Shown here piece after piece: positions 1-8,657 of a DNA stretch of 64,000 bases; positions within the stretch are counted from its first letter, which is position 1, and each line of letters opens with the position of its first letter. The DNA is taken from NCBI GenBank assembly GCA_000004985.1, contig GG738885.1. The stretch is one strand, 5' to 3'. The position numbers and the translations under genes were made by a program. Source of the stretch: Naegleria gruberi (taxonomy: Eukaryota). Under the pieces are notes generated by a model. The model was not told where the DNA came from. It worked only from the letters and a program-made list of their open reading frames with translations, and searched no databases.

Positions 1-249
1 TTCAAATGTACTCGATGGAATTAATTCGAGTTGATTCAAGTCACCTTGAACATATTCTACATCAAGATTATTTACATAATTTACAAGTTCTTGTTTTGCC
101 TTTTCAACATTTCTCACCAAAACCTTCACTGATTGACCAAATGATTTCTGTTCTGAAAGGGCTTTCAATAAATGCTTTCCAATAGTTCCTGTTGCTCCAG
201 TAATAAGAATACTGCTCTTACTATTGGTTGCTGTGATTTCGCTTGACAT
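1..249 (-). CDS. Partial CDS (N-terminal 83 aa; remainder beyond the window edge) of an NAD(P)-binding Rossmann-fold protein, NmrA-like or atypical SDR.
   Basis: Minus-strand translation from ATG at 249-247 reads MSSEITATNSKSSILITGATGTIGKHLLKAL... The GxTGxIG motif is a dinucleotide-binding signature. The ORF runs off the window start, so it is absent from the ORF track. Confidence 0.5.
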   Translation of the reverse strand, partial: MSSEITATNSKSSILITGATGTIGKHLLKALSEQKSFGQSVKVLVRNVEKAKQELVNYVNNLDVEYVQGDLNQLELIPSSTFE

Positions 250-468
250 TTTGCTGTTTTTTTTTGTTTGTTTTATTTGCTGCAACTGTTTCAACTTTCC
301 CAATTAATAGCTTTGTCGCACTTGATTTGTACGTGCTGCGCAGATCAGCAAAAATATTCTGCTTCTGAAAAATAGTGCACTTTTAAGCAGCGAGTAAGCA
401 CAAAATTCCTATTCACGTTTCGAATAAAAAAAGGGGATATTCAGTATGCAGTAGAATAGTAAGAAAAA

Positions 469-951
469 ATGTCAACAAGAGCATTCGAAACTGTTAACGT
501 GTATGTGAGTGGAGTTATTCCAAATGTTAGTGCATCAACTGTTTGGTCACTGATTGGTTCTTTCAATGGTTTGCCAACTTGGTATGATACTGTTGCCAGC
601 AGTGAAATGGACAATAATCAATCGGATAATACTGTGGGAGGTATTCGAAAGCTCACCATGAAAAATGGTATTATTCAACGTGAAAGATTAATTGCTATGG
701 ATTTACGGAATTCTTCTTACACTTACTCCCTAGTTGATGGTATCCCATGGGAAGGATATAATAATGATTACTTTGCAACTATTTCAGTCAAGCCAATTAC
801 AACAAATGGAACTGATAAGGTAGATAACACATTATTGGAATGGGAGGCAGAATTTACATGTCCACATGGTGAAGGAAAGAAATGGCAACAAGTTATTGAG
901 GGAATATTTGAGTATGGAATTAAATGTTTACAAAATATTTACAACAAGTAA
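469..951 (+). CDS. SRPBCC (Bet v 1 / START / polyketide-cyclase-like) ligand-binding domain protein, 160 aa.
   Basis: Complete ORF in the track. Size and the TVWSLIGSFNGLPTW...GGIRKLTMKNG pattern resemble Bet v 1-like lipid-binding folds. Family assignment is from memory, not a search. Confidence 0.45.
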   Translation: MSTRAFETVNVYVSGVIPNVSASTVWSLIGSFNGLPTWYDTVASSEMDNNQSDNTVGGIRKLTMKNGIIQRERLIAMDLRNSSYTYSLVDGIPWEGYNNDYFATISVKPITTNGTDKVDNTLLEWEAEFTCPHGEGKKWQQVIEGIFEYGIKCLQNIYNK

Positions 952-1063
952 TAAGATTGAATAAAGGTCTTTCAAATGGACTCGATTTTGATTTCTGTCT
1001 TGGCTTGAAATTTTGTTTGAATTCAATACTACATTATTAAATATAAAGATATGTTTACACGGT

Positions 1064-1126
1064 TAACTACTAGGCCTCATCCCGTCAGACGTTGAGTCAC
1101 ATCTGATAACTTGGTGATGTAGTTAT
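1064..1126 (+). pseudogene. Degenerate, internally deleted 5S rRNA-like fragment ending in a T5 run.
   Basis: It shares an identical cctcatcccgtc block with the intact 5S copies, then patchy matches (tcacatc, acttgg, tgatgtagtt), then ttttt. It is about 65 nt against 118 nt for the intact genes. Confidence 0.4.
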
Positions 1127-1613
1127 TTTTCCATTTCTATTAAATGAAAATGCAATATCAATTACTGGTTGGCTAGTTAGCACTTGTTATCTACTTGCTC
1201 GTCTAAATATCAACCTAACAAAAAAAATCTCAGTTAGATTTGATACGTTTCACTTTGTGGATAATGTAATTATTATTATCAACAACAGTAAACATATTTC
1301 TATTTAAATATTTTATGGAAATATTCATCAATTTTAGATAAATTTATCAAAATTATTAAATTTTTTAATTCTTTGCTCATTTCCAATAAAAATTGATTTC
1401 AATAACATTATTTTCAAATAGTTGTAATCTTTCAAATCCAATGTTGTTATTATCAAAATAAGTATTTACGATAAAATTATATTTTCAGAAATATTTTCAG
1501 ATAACGAAATAAATAATTAGTATTATAATTTAAATTATTACTAAAAACATCTTTAAAATCATAAATAGTTTCAATATATTCAATCAGTCTATTGGGATTA
1601 TTCAAAAAAGAAG

Positions 1614-1617
1614 AAAA
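1614..1617 (-). terminator. Pol III T-run terminator of the minus-strand 5S gene (A4 on the plus strand, extended by aaaaaag further on).
   Basis: A T-run lies immediately 3' of the 5S 3' end on the minus strand. Confidence 0.5.
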
Positions 1618-1735
1618 GACTACAGCACCACAGGTTCCCAAGTTGTCTCCAACCTCAGTACTGATGTGGCTCGACGATGCTTAACTTCTCAAATCGGACG
1701 GGATGAGGTGCATTCATCGTGATATGGCCGTAGTC
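1618..1735 (-). rRNA. 5S: 5S ribosomal RNA gene, copy A, minus strand.
   Basis: The reverse complement reads gactacggccatatcacgatgaatgcacctcatcccgtccgatttgagaagttaagcatcgtcgagccacatcagtactgaggttggagacaacttgggaacctgtggtgctgtagtc. This matches the universal 5S consensus (GnnTACGGCCATAC...ATCCCGTCCGATnTGnGAAGTTAAGC...GTACTnnGnTGGGnGACnnCnTGGGAAnnCnGGTGCTGTAnnC). It is about 95% identical to copy B. Confidence 0.85.
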
Positions 1736-1799
1736 ATTTATCTCCTTAATTCTTAGTATACAAACAATCTCATACCACTACCTAATTAAGCAATTGGAC

Positions 1800-3050
1800 C
1801 TAATATTGTAGTTTTTCAAAAACTATCTTCATGTTTTGTGGTAAATCTAATTCAGGTTTGTTGAACCCCTTCGAATAAATTAGTTTTTCTAATTTTGGTA
1901 ATTTCAATAAAGATTCCAATCCAAACTGGTCTATTTCAGCATATTTGATGGAGAGTTCCTTAATGGACTCGAATTTAGAGAAATGTTCTGCTAATTCATT
2001 GGTAATACTAAACATTTTAAAGGTTTCCAATTGTTTAAACGTTTCAGGGTTCAACCTAGCGAGATTTTCCCCATATCCACCATCCTCAAATGAAAGCTCT
2101 TTCAATTGACTATTTTTGGAAATTGAATCCATCAAATAATCAGAAAAATCAGCATATGACAAGCTTAATCTCAATGTTTTGACATTCTCGCAAAATGGTA
2201 CTCCAAATCCTTCAATTCGTTCTCCATGCAAAGTAATCTTCTCTAAATGTTTCAACTTATTTATGGCTGCAAATGATTCAACAACTTGCTCACTTGTTGG
2301 ATCTTCTGTAATTTCACCTCTTATTAGATAAATAACGGAATATATCTCTTTAAGATTCTTCCAATTTTCAAATATTTCTGGCGCTGTAAAAATTGATGTT
2401 AATGACTTGTTTTTGAAATATTCTAATTGAGGAGTGTTTTTTGATATTTCAATAAAATGTTCAATTAATGAGCTTGAATCAATACAATCCAATGTCAATT
2501 TCTTCAAATTTCTACACTGTGCAATTAAAGAAGCCAAGCTGGAGAGACCATAATCACTATTAGAATAATAATCACATCTAATATAAATATTTTCCAAACT
2601 TGGAAATTTTTTCAATGCCCATTGAGAAACATATTCTGGAAGATAGTCACTAGATAACTGAATTGATTTAACCAAATCTGTATCCACATTTTTGAATGTT
2701 CTTTCCAAATTTTCAATTACTTTTTCTTTAGTATTATGTTTCTGGAGGTTTGGTTTCAAAATATTTGATTTTTCACCTTCTATCAAGTCAATTCTCTTTC
2801 CATCATTGGCACAAAGTTCAATATTTATCACTTGTCTTTCAAATGATTCTTCCACCCTCGTTTGGTCCCAACACAAATTCTTGAATAAGAAGCAAATATT
2901 TCCTGTTGGAAATCTTCCAAAATAATACTTGAAAAATGTTGAAGATTTTCTACTGCACAACTTGGCTTCAAATTCTAAATAGGACAAAATTTCCATTATG
3001 ATTTCTGATGGAAGCTGGTGATAGAGTTCACCACCATCATGTGTTGACAT
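1800..3050 (-). CDS. F-box-like / leucine-rich-repeat protein, 416 aa.
   Basis: Complete ORF. The N-terminal LPSEIIMEILSYLEFEAKL is an F-box-like motif. It is followed by irregular L-rich repeats (LKKLTLDCIDSSSLIEHFIEISKN...). Confidence 0.55.
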   Translation of the reverse strand: MSTHDGGELYHQLPSEIIMEILSYLEFEAKLCSRKSSTFFKYYFGRFPTGNICFLFKNLCWDQTRVEESFERQVINIELCANDGKRIDLIEGEKSNILKPNLQKHNTKEKVIENLERTFKNVDTDLVKSIQLSSDYLPEYVSQWALKKFPSLENIYIRCDYYSNSDYGLSSLASLIAQCRNLKKLTLDCIDSSSLIEHFIEISKNTPQLEYFKNKSLTSIFTAPEIFENWKNLKEIYSVIYLIRGEITEDPTSEQVVESFAAINKLKHLEKITLHGERIEGFGVPFCENVKTLRLSLSYADFSDYLMDSISKNSQLKELSFEDGGYGENLARLNPETFKQLETFKMFSITNELAEHFSKFESIKELSIKYAEIDQFGLESLLKLPKLEKLIYSKGFNKPELDLPQNMKIVFEKLQY

Positions 3051-3388
3051 TTTTTTTTAAAATTGGCTATTTTTCAAAGTTCATCTAAGCGCTATCCTGA
3101 AAGATTGAAATGTAAAATTCATTTAAATTGAGAATAGAGTGATGTTGCATTTGTAACAACTTTATTCCTGATACTGTAACCATGTAGTGTTGTTTGTTAC
3201 AATTGTTATTGCAAAATTCTAATGATTGTTAACAATTAGCTAATAGTTAATAAAGATGAGATGATCATAGACACAATAGTATCAATTTCATCAAGTGGAA
3301 ATGTTGATAATTAAATATTCTGATGAATAGTTTACTTTCTAAAACGTTCGGTAATCCTTTCCATGAACTTTAAGATCAACAAAAAAAA
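3051..3388. promoter_or_regulatory. Shared divergent promoter region between the minus-strand F-box/LRR gene and the plus-strand 352-aa gene.
   Basis: A 338-bp AT-rich spacer lies between two head-to-head start codons. This is inference from gene arrangement only. Confidence 0.3.
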
Positions 3389-4447
3389 ATGCAAAGATCA
3401 CAACAACAGCAAACCATCAAACTCACCAAAGCAAAACAAAAGAAAACAATTTCTTCAGAAAGATTGCCAACAGAAACATTTATATCCATTGTTAGAGATT
3501 GTGTAAAATTACAACTTGATATTAGACCTTTACAATTCAAAAAGAAAATCTCTAACGGAACCAGAGACTTTCTTTGTGATAAGGTAAAGAATTCGAAGGC
3601 AGTTTGTCGAGAAATCAATAGAGGAGATAATGTCATGATGAATATAATTTTCACATGTCAAGATTCTCAACCAATAATTCCAAATTATATTAAGGGAGTA
3701 ACGAGTTATATTGAAAAGCATAAAATTTCGTACCCAGACAAGATCATGTCAATTGACACTTTACGAATTGATATTGAATTTCCGTACCATAATTCAATAA
3801 CAGAGGTTGCTAAGAAGATTAATTTACATGAGGAAGAATCATTGATCAATTCTCTTATAACCATTATTGATAAGGATGATCATCAAGTGTATTTCAAAAT
3901 GAAAACTAATTATTGCAATGAGGATAAGGAACATTTGTATAGATACATTGTAATTGGAAAAATGGATCAAAGTGAGCATGCTTTCATCTTTGATGTGAGC
4001 GATTTTATAAATATTTGTGGTATCAATGGTGGTATTCCAAAAAATCTCAAAAAGATTTATGATTTGTGCATGCCAAAGGATTTAGTCCAATATTTTGAAA
4101 AGAATGGATGCAGCTCAACAAATTCAGATACAAGTGTCAGAAGAGTTGGATTTGGAATGTTCTTCAGATCAGATACCAGACCACGCAGAGAGCGTTTCGG
4201 ACAATACTACCGCCCATGTTGGGAATCAGATGGTTCAGTTGCAGCCTTAGTGAACTCGTACTCAAGGAATGGAGATTATGGTATTCAAATATTGGCACAG
4301 GGCGCAAGAGAATTCCATCCAACTGAGTATTCTGGTGAGATTGATGTAGGATATTACAAATTTAAAATGGGATGGTGTAGATTCACTTCATTCCAATCAG
4401 CCCAGCACTACACTTGCAAATTAATCCAGGAAGTTAAAAATTCATAA
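3389..4447 (+). CDS. Hypothetical protein, 352 aa, no recognisable domain.
   Basis: Long complete ORF with eukaryote-like codon usage and Q-rich, K-rich N-terminus (MQRSQQQQTIKLTKAKQKK...). No motif I recognise. Confidence 0.45.
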   Translation: MQRSQQQQTIKLTKAKQKKTISSERLPTETFISIVRDCVKLQLDIRPLQFKKKISNGTRDFLCDKVKNSKAVCREINRGDNVMMNIIFTCQDSQPIIPNYIKGVTSYIEKHKISYPDKIMSIDTLRIDIEFPYHNSITEVAKKINLHEEESLINSLITIIDKDDHQVYFKMKTNYCNEDKEHLYRYIVIGKMDQSEHAFIFDVSDFINICGINGGIPKNLKKIYDLCMPKDLVQYFEKNGCSSTNSDTSVRRVGFGMFFRSDTRPRRERFGQYYRPCWESDGSVAALVNSYSRNGDYGIQILAQGAREFHPTEYSGEIDVGYYKFKMGWCRFTSFQSAQHYTCKLIQEVKNS

Positions 4448-4640
4448 ATATTGAATTTTATTCTGCTACGATTTCTTTTTGAACTTCGATCATAAATTGG
4501 TAAAGGCAAAATGTGTCCAATAAATAGAAGATTGATCAACCGTTTCAAATTCTTCAACCAAACCTTGCTGAACTAAGAATCTTTACGTTTTGTTCCAAGT
4601 ATATATTGTTATTTAAATACCAGAAATTAAGGAGATAAAT

Positions 4641-4758
4641 GACTACGGTCATATCACGATTCATGCACCTCATCCCGTCCGATTTGAGAAGTTAAGCATC
4701 GTAGAGCCACATCAGTACTGAGGTTGGAGACAACTTGGGACCCTGTGGTGCTGTAGTC
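4641..4758 (+). rRNA. 5S: 5S ribosomal RNA gene, copy B, plus strand.
   Basis: gactacggtcatatcacgattcatgcacctcatcccgtccgatttgagaagttaagcatcgtagagccacatcagtactgaggttggagacaacttgggaccctgtggtgctgtagtc is followed by ttttt. It carries the canonical 5S blocks (TACGG..CATA, ATCCCGTCCGAT, GAAGTTAAGC, GTACT, CTGGGA, GGTGCTGTAG). Confidence 0.9.
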
Positions 4759-4763
4759 TTTTT
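4759..4763 (+). terminator. Pol III T5 terminator of 5S copy B.
   Basis: ttttt lies directly after the 5S 3' end. Confidence 0.6.
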
Positions 4764-5529
4764 ATTTTCAACCTTTTATCATGAGAGGAAATGATTGTTG
4801 GTTCGAATCAAGTGTTCCTTTATAGAAGTCCTTTCAAAATGAAATATTCTTTTGCAAACCATGTTAAGAGTTTTACAACTTTTTCAAAATTCCAAAATGT
4901 TTCTATTATTTAACAGAGCGAGAAATCATACCAGATGAATACTCACAGGACAAAATTGAGAAGGAACAACCACTTTGATTATTGACCAAATTCTAGCTAC
5001 TCATCCTCTGAGTGAAAGGAGGAGAGTTTCCAGATTCACATTTCAGTCTTCATGATCTCTGAAATGTCCTTCTAGGTAAGTATGAAGAAAGCAAAGAGTG
5101 CAAATTCAAACAAATCTTAAAAACCTTTCCAGATGTATTTATTTTTGAAAATTGAATTATTGTCATTGTTTGTTTTTTTATGATTTGAATTCTTTGAAAT
5201 TGTTGAACATGAAGTAAACACCGAGTTGACATAATTATATTGAAATTTATGTAGGATGTGAATTGAATCAGAAATTCAGACAGTTCAGAAGAGAATAACG
5301 AAAATTCAACTGTGCATAATTGAATATTTTGGTTTTATTTACAATGGTTGCCTAGGCTTACAAAATTTTATGGAGTTCACCACATTTTGAATTGTTTGTT
5401 TCTCATTTCAACAGTATTCTGTGATTGAGATTTGGAAGTTTTACTTGTTTCACTTCCAATAGAAGTAATGTTTGAAATAGATGAAGTTTCAATTTCGATT
5501 TGATTAAGAAAATATCAAACCAAAATTTG

Positions 5530-5957
5530 GATCAAGCAACTCAACATGGCAAATGTTCAATAAATACGAGGGTGATCAACCTTTTCAAATTCTTCAAACA
5601 AAACCTGAACCAACAAGATTCTGTCTTCGTTGCCTTCACTGTTCATACAGTCAAAGACTGTAGCGGGATAGTCGCCATATTCCTGGCAGGCTTCCCGTCC
5701 AAAATTACAAATGATAAACAAACAATAATTCTGAAAATTGCATCAGAACAACAGTGTGATATCATCACAGGAGGTGTACACCATGTACTACTTCATCTGG
5801 GAGTTGAGTATAACCACATCTGCTCTCGTAAAATGTTATTCCTTTGAGAACAGGAGTCAAGGCTTCCTTATTATCACCTCTCTTCAAGATGACCATATTC
5901 AATGGTCCCCCTCATGGCCGAATCATAAGCTAGGATATCTATATCTTCTTCAGTCAT
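5530..5957 (-). CDS. Possible small spliced minus-strand gene; exon structure unresolved; hypothetical.
   Basis: Minus strand has ATG at 5957 (MTEEDIDILAYDSAMRGTIEYGHLEE...) followed by gtgata. A GT..AG-bounded AT-rich stretch follows, then a 3' open frame ending ...GREACQEYGDYPATVFDCMNSEGNEDRILLVQVLFEEFEKVDHPRIY*. I could not find a phase-consistent join. The track instead lists a plus-strand ORF 5500..5847. Confidence 0.2.
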
Positions 5958-6398
5958 TTTTTTGGTTTCTTATTATTACCTGATTTCTGCATCTTGTGTT
6001 CTTGAAGTTTCTTCACTTCTGAGGTTTAAAAGCCCAATAAATATGATATTTAATATAATAATTAAATAAATAAGAAAATAATTTTTATTATTCAATTCAT
6101 TAAGGCAATAACTGGCATATCTTTTCAGAATAGTCCTAAACATTGACTTTTCATCATTTTCACTCGTCGTTGAGAAATGAATCAGCTGTACTCGCAACAG
6201 TTTACTCAAGATTCAAATTGAATTAAACATGAACCGAGTTTGTGTCCAGAAACAAAAATCGGTTCATTGACAGAATTTCTTTGCATAAGAACTACTTTCT
6301 AAAAATATACATCTCAAACAAGTATAAAAAACAAGGAAGTGCATGGTGTTTTGAATTCAAAAAAACAACAAAACAAGAAAAACATAACAACAAACATA

Positions 6399-6857
6399 AT
6401 GCAATTATTTGTCAAGACACTCACTGGAAGAACCATCACTTTGGAGGTTGAATCTAATGATTCGATTGAAAATGTGAAAAGAAAAGTGCAAGATAAGGAA
6501 GGAATTTCACCAGATCAACAAAGACTCATCTTTGCAGGAAAACAATTGGAAGATGGCAGAACTATTAATGATTACAACATTCAAAAAGATTCAACTCTTC
6601 ATTTGGTGTTGAGATTAAGAGGAGGAATGCAACTTTTTGTAAAAACCTTAACTGGAAAGACAATTACAATTGAAATGGAATCGATTGATACTGTTGAGAA
6701 TATGAAACAAAAGATATTTGATAAGGAAGGTATTCCATCAGATCAACAACGATTGATTTATGCCGGTAAGCAATTGGAAGATGGAAGAACTATAAGTGAT
6801 TACAATCTTCAAAAGGATTCAACTGTGCATTTAGTATTGAGATTGAGAGGAGGTTAA
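6399..6857 (+). CDS. Divergent di-ubiquitin-like protein: two tandem 76-aa ubiquitin-fold repeats, each ending in RLRGG.
   Basis: Repeat 1 is [76 protein letters not shown]. Repeat 2 is [76 protein letters not shown]. Both are roughly 80-85% identical to canonical ubiquitin. K48 and K63 are retained. Start is taken at the ATG at 6399, because the track ORF start at 6339 would add a 20-aa leader before MQLF. Confidence 0.75.
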   Translation: MQLFVKTLTGRTITLEVESNDSIENVKRKVQDKEGISPDQQRLIFAGKQLEDGRTINDYNIQKDSTLHLVLRLRGGMQLFVKTLTGKTITIEMESIDTVENMKQKIFDKEGIPSDQQRLIYAGKQLEDGRTISDYNLQKDSTVHLVLRLRGG

Positions 6858-6967
6858 GTTAGCAAAATATCATAGATTCTCTCAATTATTGCCAATAAAT
6901 TACACTGTAACTTTTTTTGGCTGTGTGTTCGATTCCATTCAACCTTTTAGCTTTAGAATAAGTAGAT

Positions 6968-8437
6968 TTGCTAGTCTTCATTTTCAGGTGGAACCAATTG
7001 AAAGTTCAAACTGTTAACTGGAAGAAACAATTTTACAAAAAAATGCCTCTAACAGATTTAAACTTTTTTAAACGCAGAAAGATGAATGCTAGTAAAGAAA
7101 CTAGTAGCATTCAACTCTCCGAAGGCTTTAAACAATTATTTTCTATTAAAGATATATTTCAATCAATTGTAATGGGAGGATTTATTTCTCTCCCTGATGC
7201 TATTCGAATGTCGCTAGTTTGTAAAGATTGGTTTCAAATGATCGAAAGTACGGAATCGTATAACATGTTTTTGAAATGTTTTATTCAATCATCCACTAAA
7301 CATCTCTCCAAATTGACTATCCAAAATTCTACCAATGGTACTGACATTAGTTTAACAAAAGATCATGCCAAAATAATATATGAAATGATCAGAGGATGGA
7401 GTTGTGTTAGATCATGCCAAAGTAATCGATCATTCTATTTCACAGAGAATAATAATTATCCCTATATTGGTGATCAACATGTGGTGTCAGCTCAGCAATT
7501 TTTCACTCCTCATCTAATTAACACTAATTTAACAATTGTACCAGATAACATCCCATCCAGAAAAAAAGAAATCTTTGGATTATTTTACAATATCGGAAAT
7601 GAGAACGAGGAGTTTAATTTTGAGAAAATCTATTGGGCACAGAAAGAGATAGTGTATAATTATGAAGAGTATTTTTTCCTACCCATGATTAAATTAACTA
7701 GAAAGAAAGGAAGCAATATTAATTGGAAAGATATTTATTTTGGCTCCTGTGCTGAATGGAGGGATGAGCATAAAGAGCTCATCAGAAATATAACCAAGGA
7801 TGGCAAAACATTTGTTGTGGATTCGAATTTGTCGTATGTTTTTGGATCATGTTTCGATGGTGAGGTGGAGCATAAAATTCTGAAAAACATTAGAAAGTGC
7901 TCAAGATTTACTCTTCGTCACCTACCATACGAATTTTTGCATGGAAATTTCAACGATGACGATGATGATACCAAGCCAAATAGTCATAAAGGAGGATTGA
8001 ATGACTTCTTCAATCTTACTTTGAAGAAGATGCTCTACCGATACTTGAAAATGAATTTGCTAAATATTCCAATATGTAGAGAGTATATTTTTACCTTTTT
8101 GATTTATCTTTCTAAGAAACTTCACTATGCTCACAGATTTTCGTTTTATCACGATTCTCAATTGGAGGGAAGTTCACTTATTCAATTAGGTGCAGATGAA
8201 CAGGTAATGGATTGGCTGAATGAATATAAGAAATGTGAATGTAAAAACTATGATGAGATCTTTCACACCATTGTGAGAGTTGAGTTGGATTATTATGGAT
8301 CTATTCAGGGAGAGGAGGTAAAATCTCATTTATATGTTCTCTCCTTAAAGAAAGATGATGAAAATGAAATATGCAATTTTGAGTTTGTGGACTATCATTA
8401 TTATAATTACAAAATTGTTGGAGAAATTCTGAGTTAA
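6968..8437 (+). CDS. Hypothetical protein with an F-box-like segment, up to 489 aa; likely start is the ATG at 7043.
   Basis: Complete ORF. LPDAIRMSLVCKDWFQMIE resembles an F-box. It has an acidic DDDDD tract and no other recognisable domain. Confidence 0.45.
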   Translation: MLVFIFRWNQLKVQTVNWKKQFYKKMPLTDLNFFKRRKMNASKETSSIQLSEGFKQLFSIKDIFQSIVMGGFISLPDAIRMSLVCKDWFQMIESTESYNMFLKCFIQSSTKHLSKLTIQNSTNGTDISLTKDHAKIIYEMIRGWSCVRSCQSNRSFYFTENNNYPYIGDQHVVSAQQFFTPHLINTNLTIVPDNIPSRKKEIFGLFYNIGNENEEFNFEKIYWAQKEIVYNYEEYFFLPMIKLTRKKGSNINWKDIYFGSCAEWRDEHKELIRNITKDGKTFVVDSNLSYVFGSCFDGEVEHKILKNIRKCSRFTLRHLPYEFLHGNFNDDDDDTKPNSHKGGLNDFFNLTLKKMLYRYLKMNLLNIPICREYIFTFLIYLSKKLHYAHRFSFYHDSQLEGSSLIQLGADEQVMDWLNEYKKCECKNYDEIFHTIVRVELDYYGSIQGEEVKSHLYVLSLKKDDENEICNFEFVDYHYYNYKIVGEILS

Positions 8438-8657
8438 TAAACCTTTCAATTATTATTTGGAAGATGTGACAATAAAGAATTATTTAATGTTTGGTTATAT
8501 ATCTATTGTTTTATCTCCTTAATGAAATTAATTGTTAATTACAAATAATTATTGGTTAGTATTTTTCACATTTCTCCACAATCACCAAATAGTAAAAAAT
8601 CATCACTATTGAATCGTCCTCCGAATTTAAAACCACACAGACAGACAACAGAAAAAA

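Noticed and set aside
2692-2925. Many short track ORFs lie antisense to, or inside, long genes. Examples: 2692..2925, 3376..3654, 8865..9116, 19806..20057, 24383..24619, 27770..28144, 33415..33822, 46181..46480, 54283..54534.
   Set aside because: They overlap strongly supported long CDSs on the opposite strand or in another frame. They have low-complexity AT-codon composition and no motifs. This is typical six-frame noise in AT-rich DNA.
5500-5847. Plus-strand track ORF of 115 aa.
   Set aside because: It overlaps a minus-strand region with a better start codon and consensus splice signals. Neither strand gives a recognisable protein, so I left it as an unresolved low-confidence locus rather than calling this ORF.
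6339-6398. A 20-aa N-terminal extension ([20 protein letters not shown]) on the ubiquitin-like gene.
   Set aside because: The ubiquitin fold starts at MQLF. The upstream ATG would add a basic unstructured leader atypical for UBLs. The start is more likely at 6399, but 6339 cannot be excluded.
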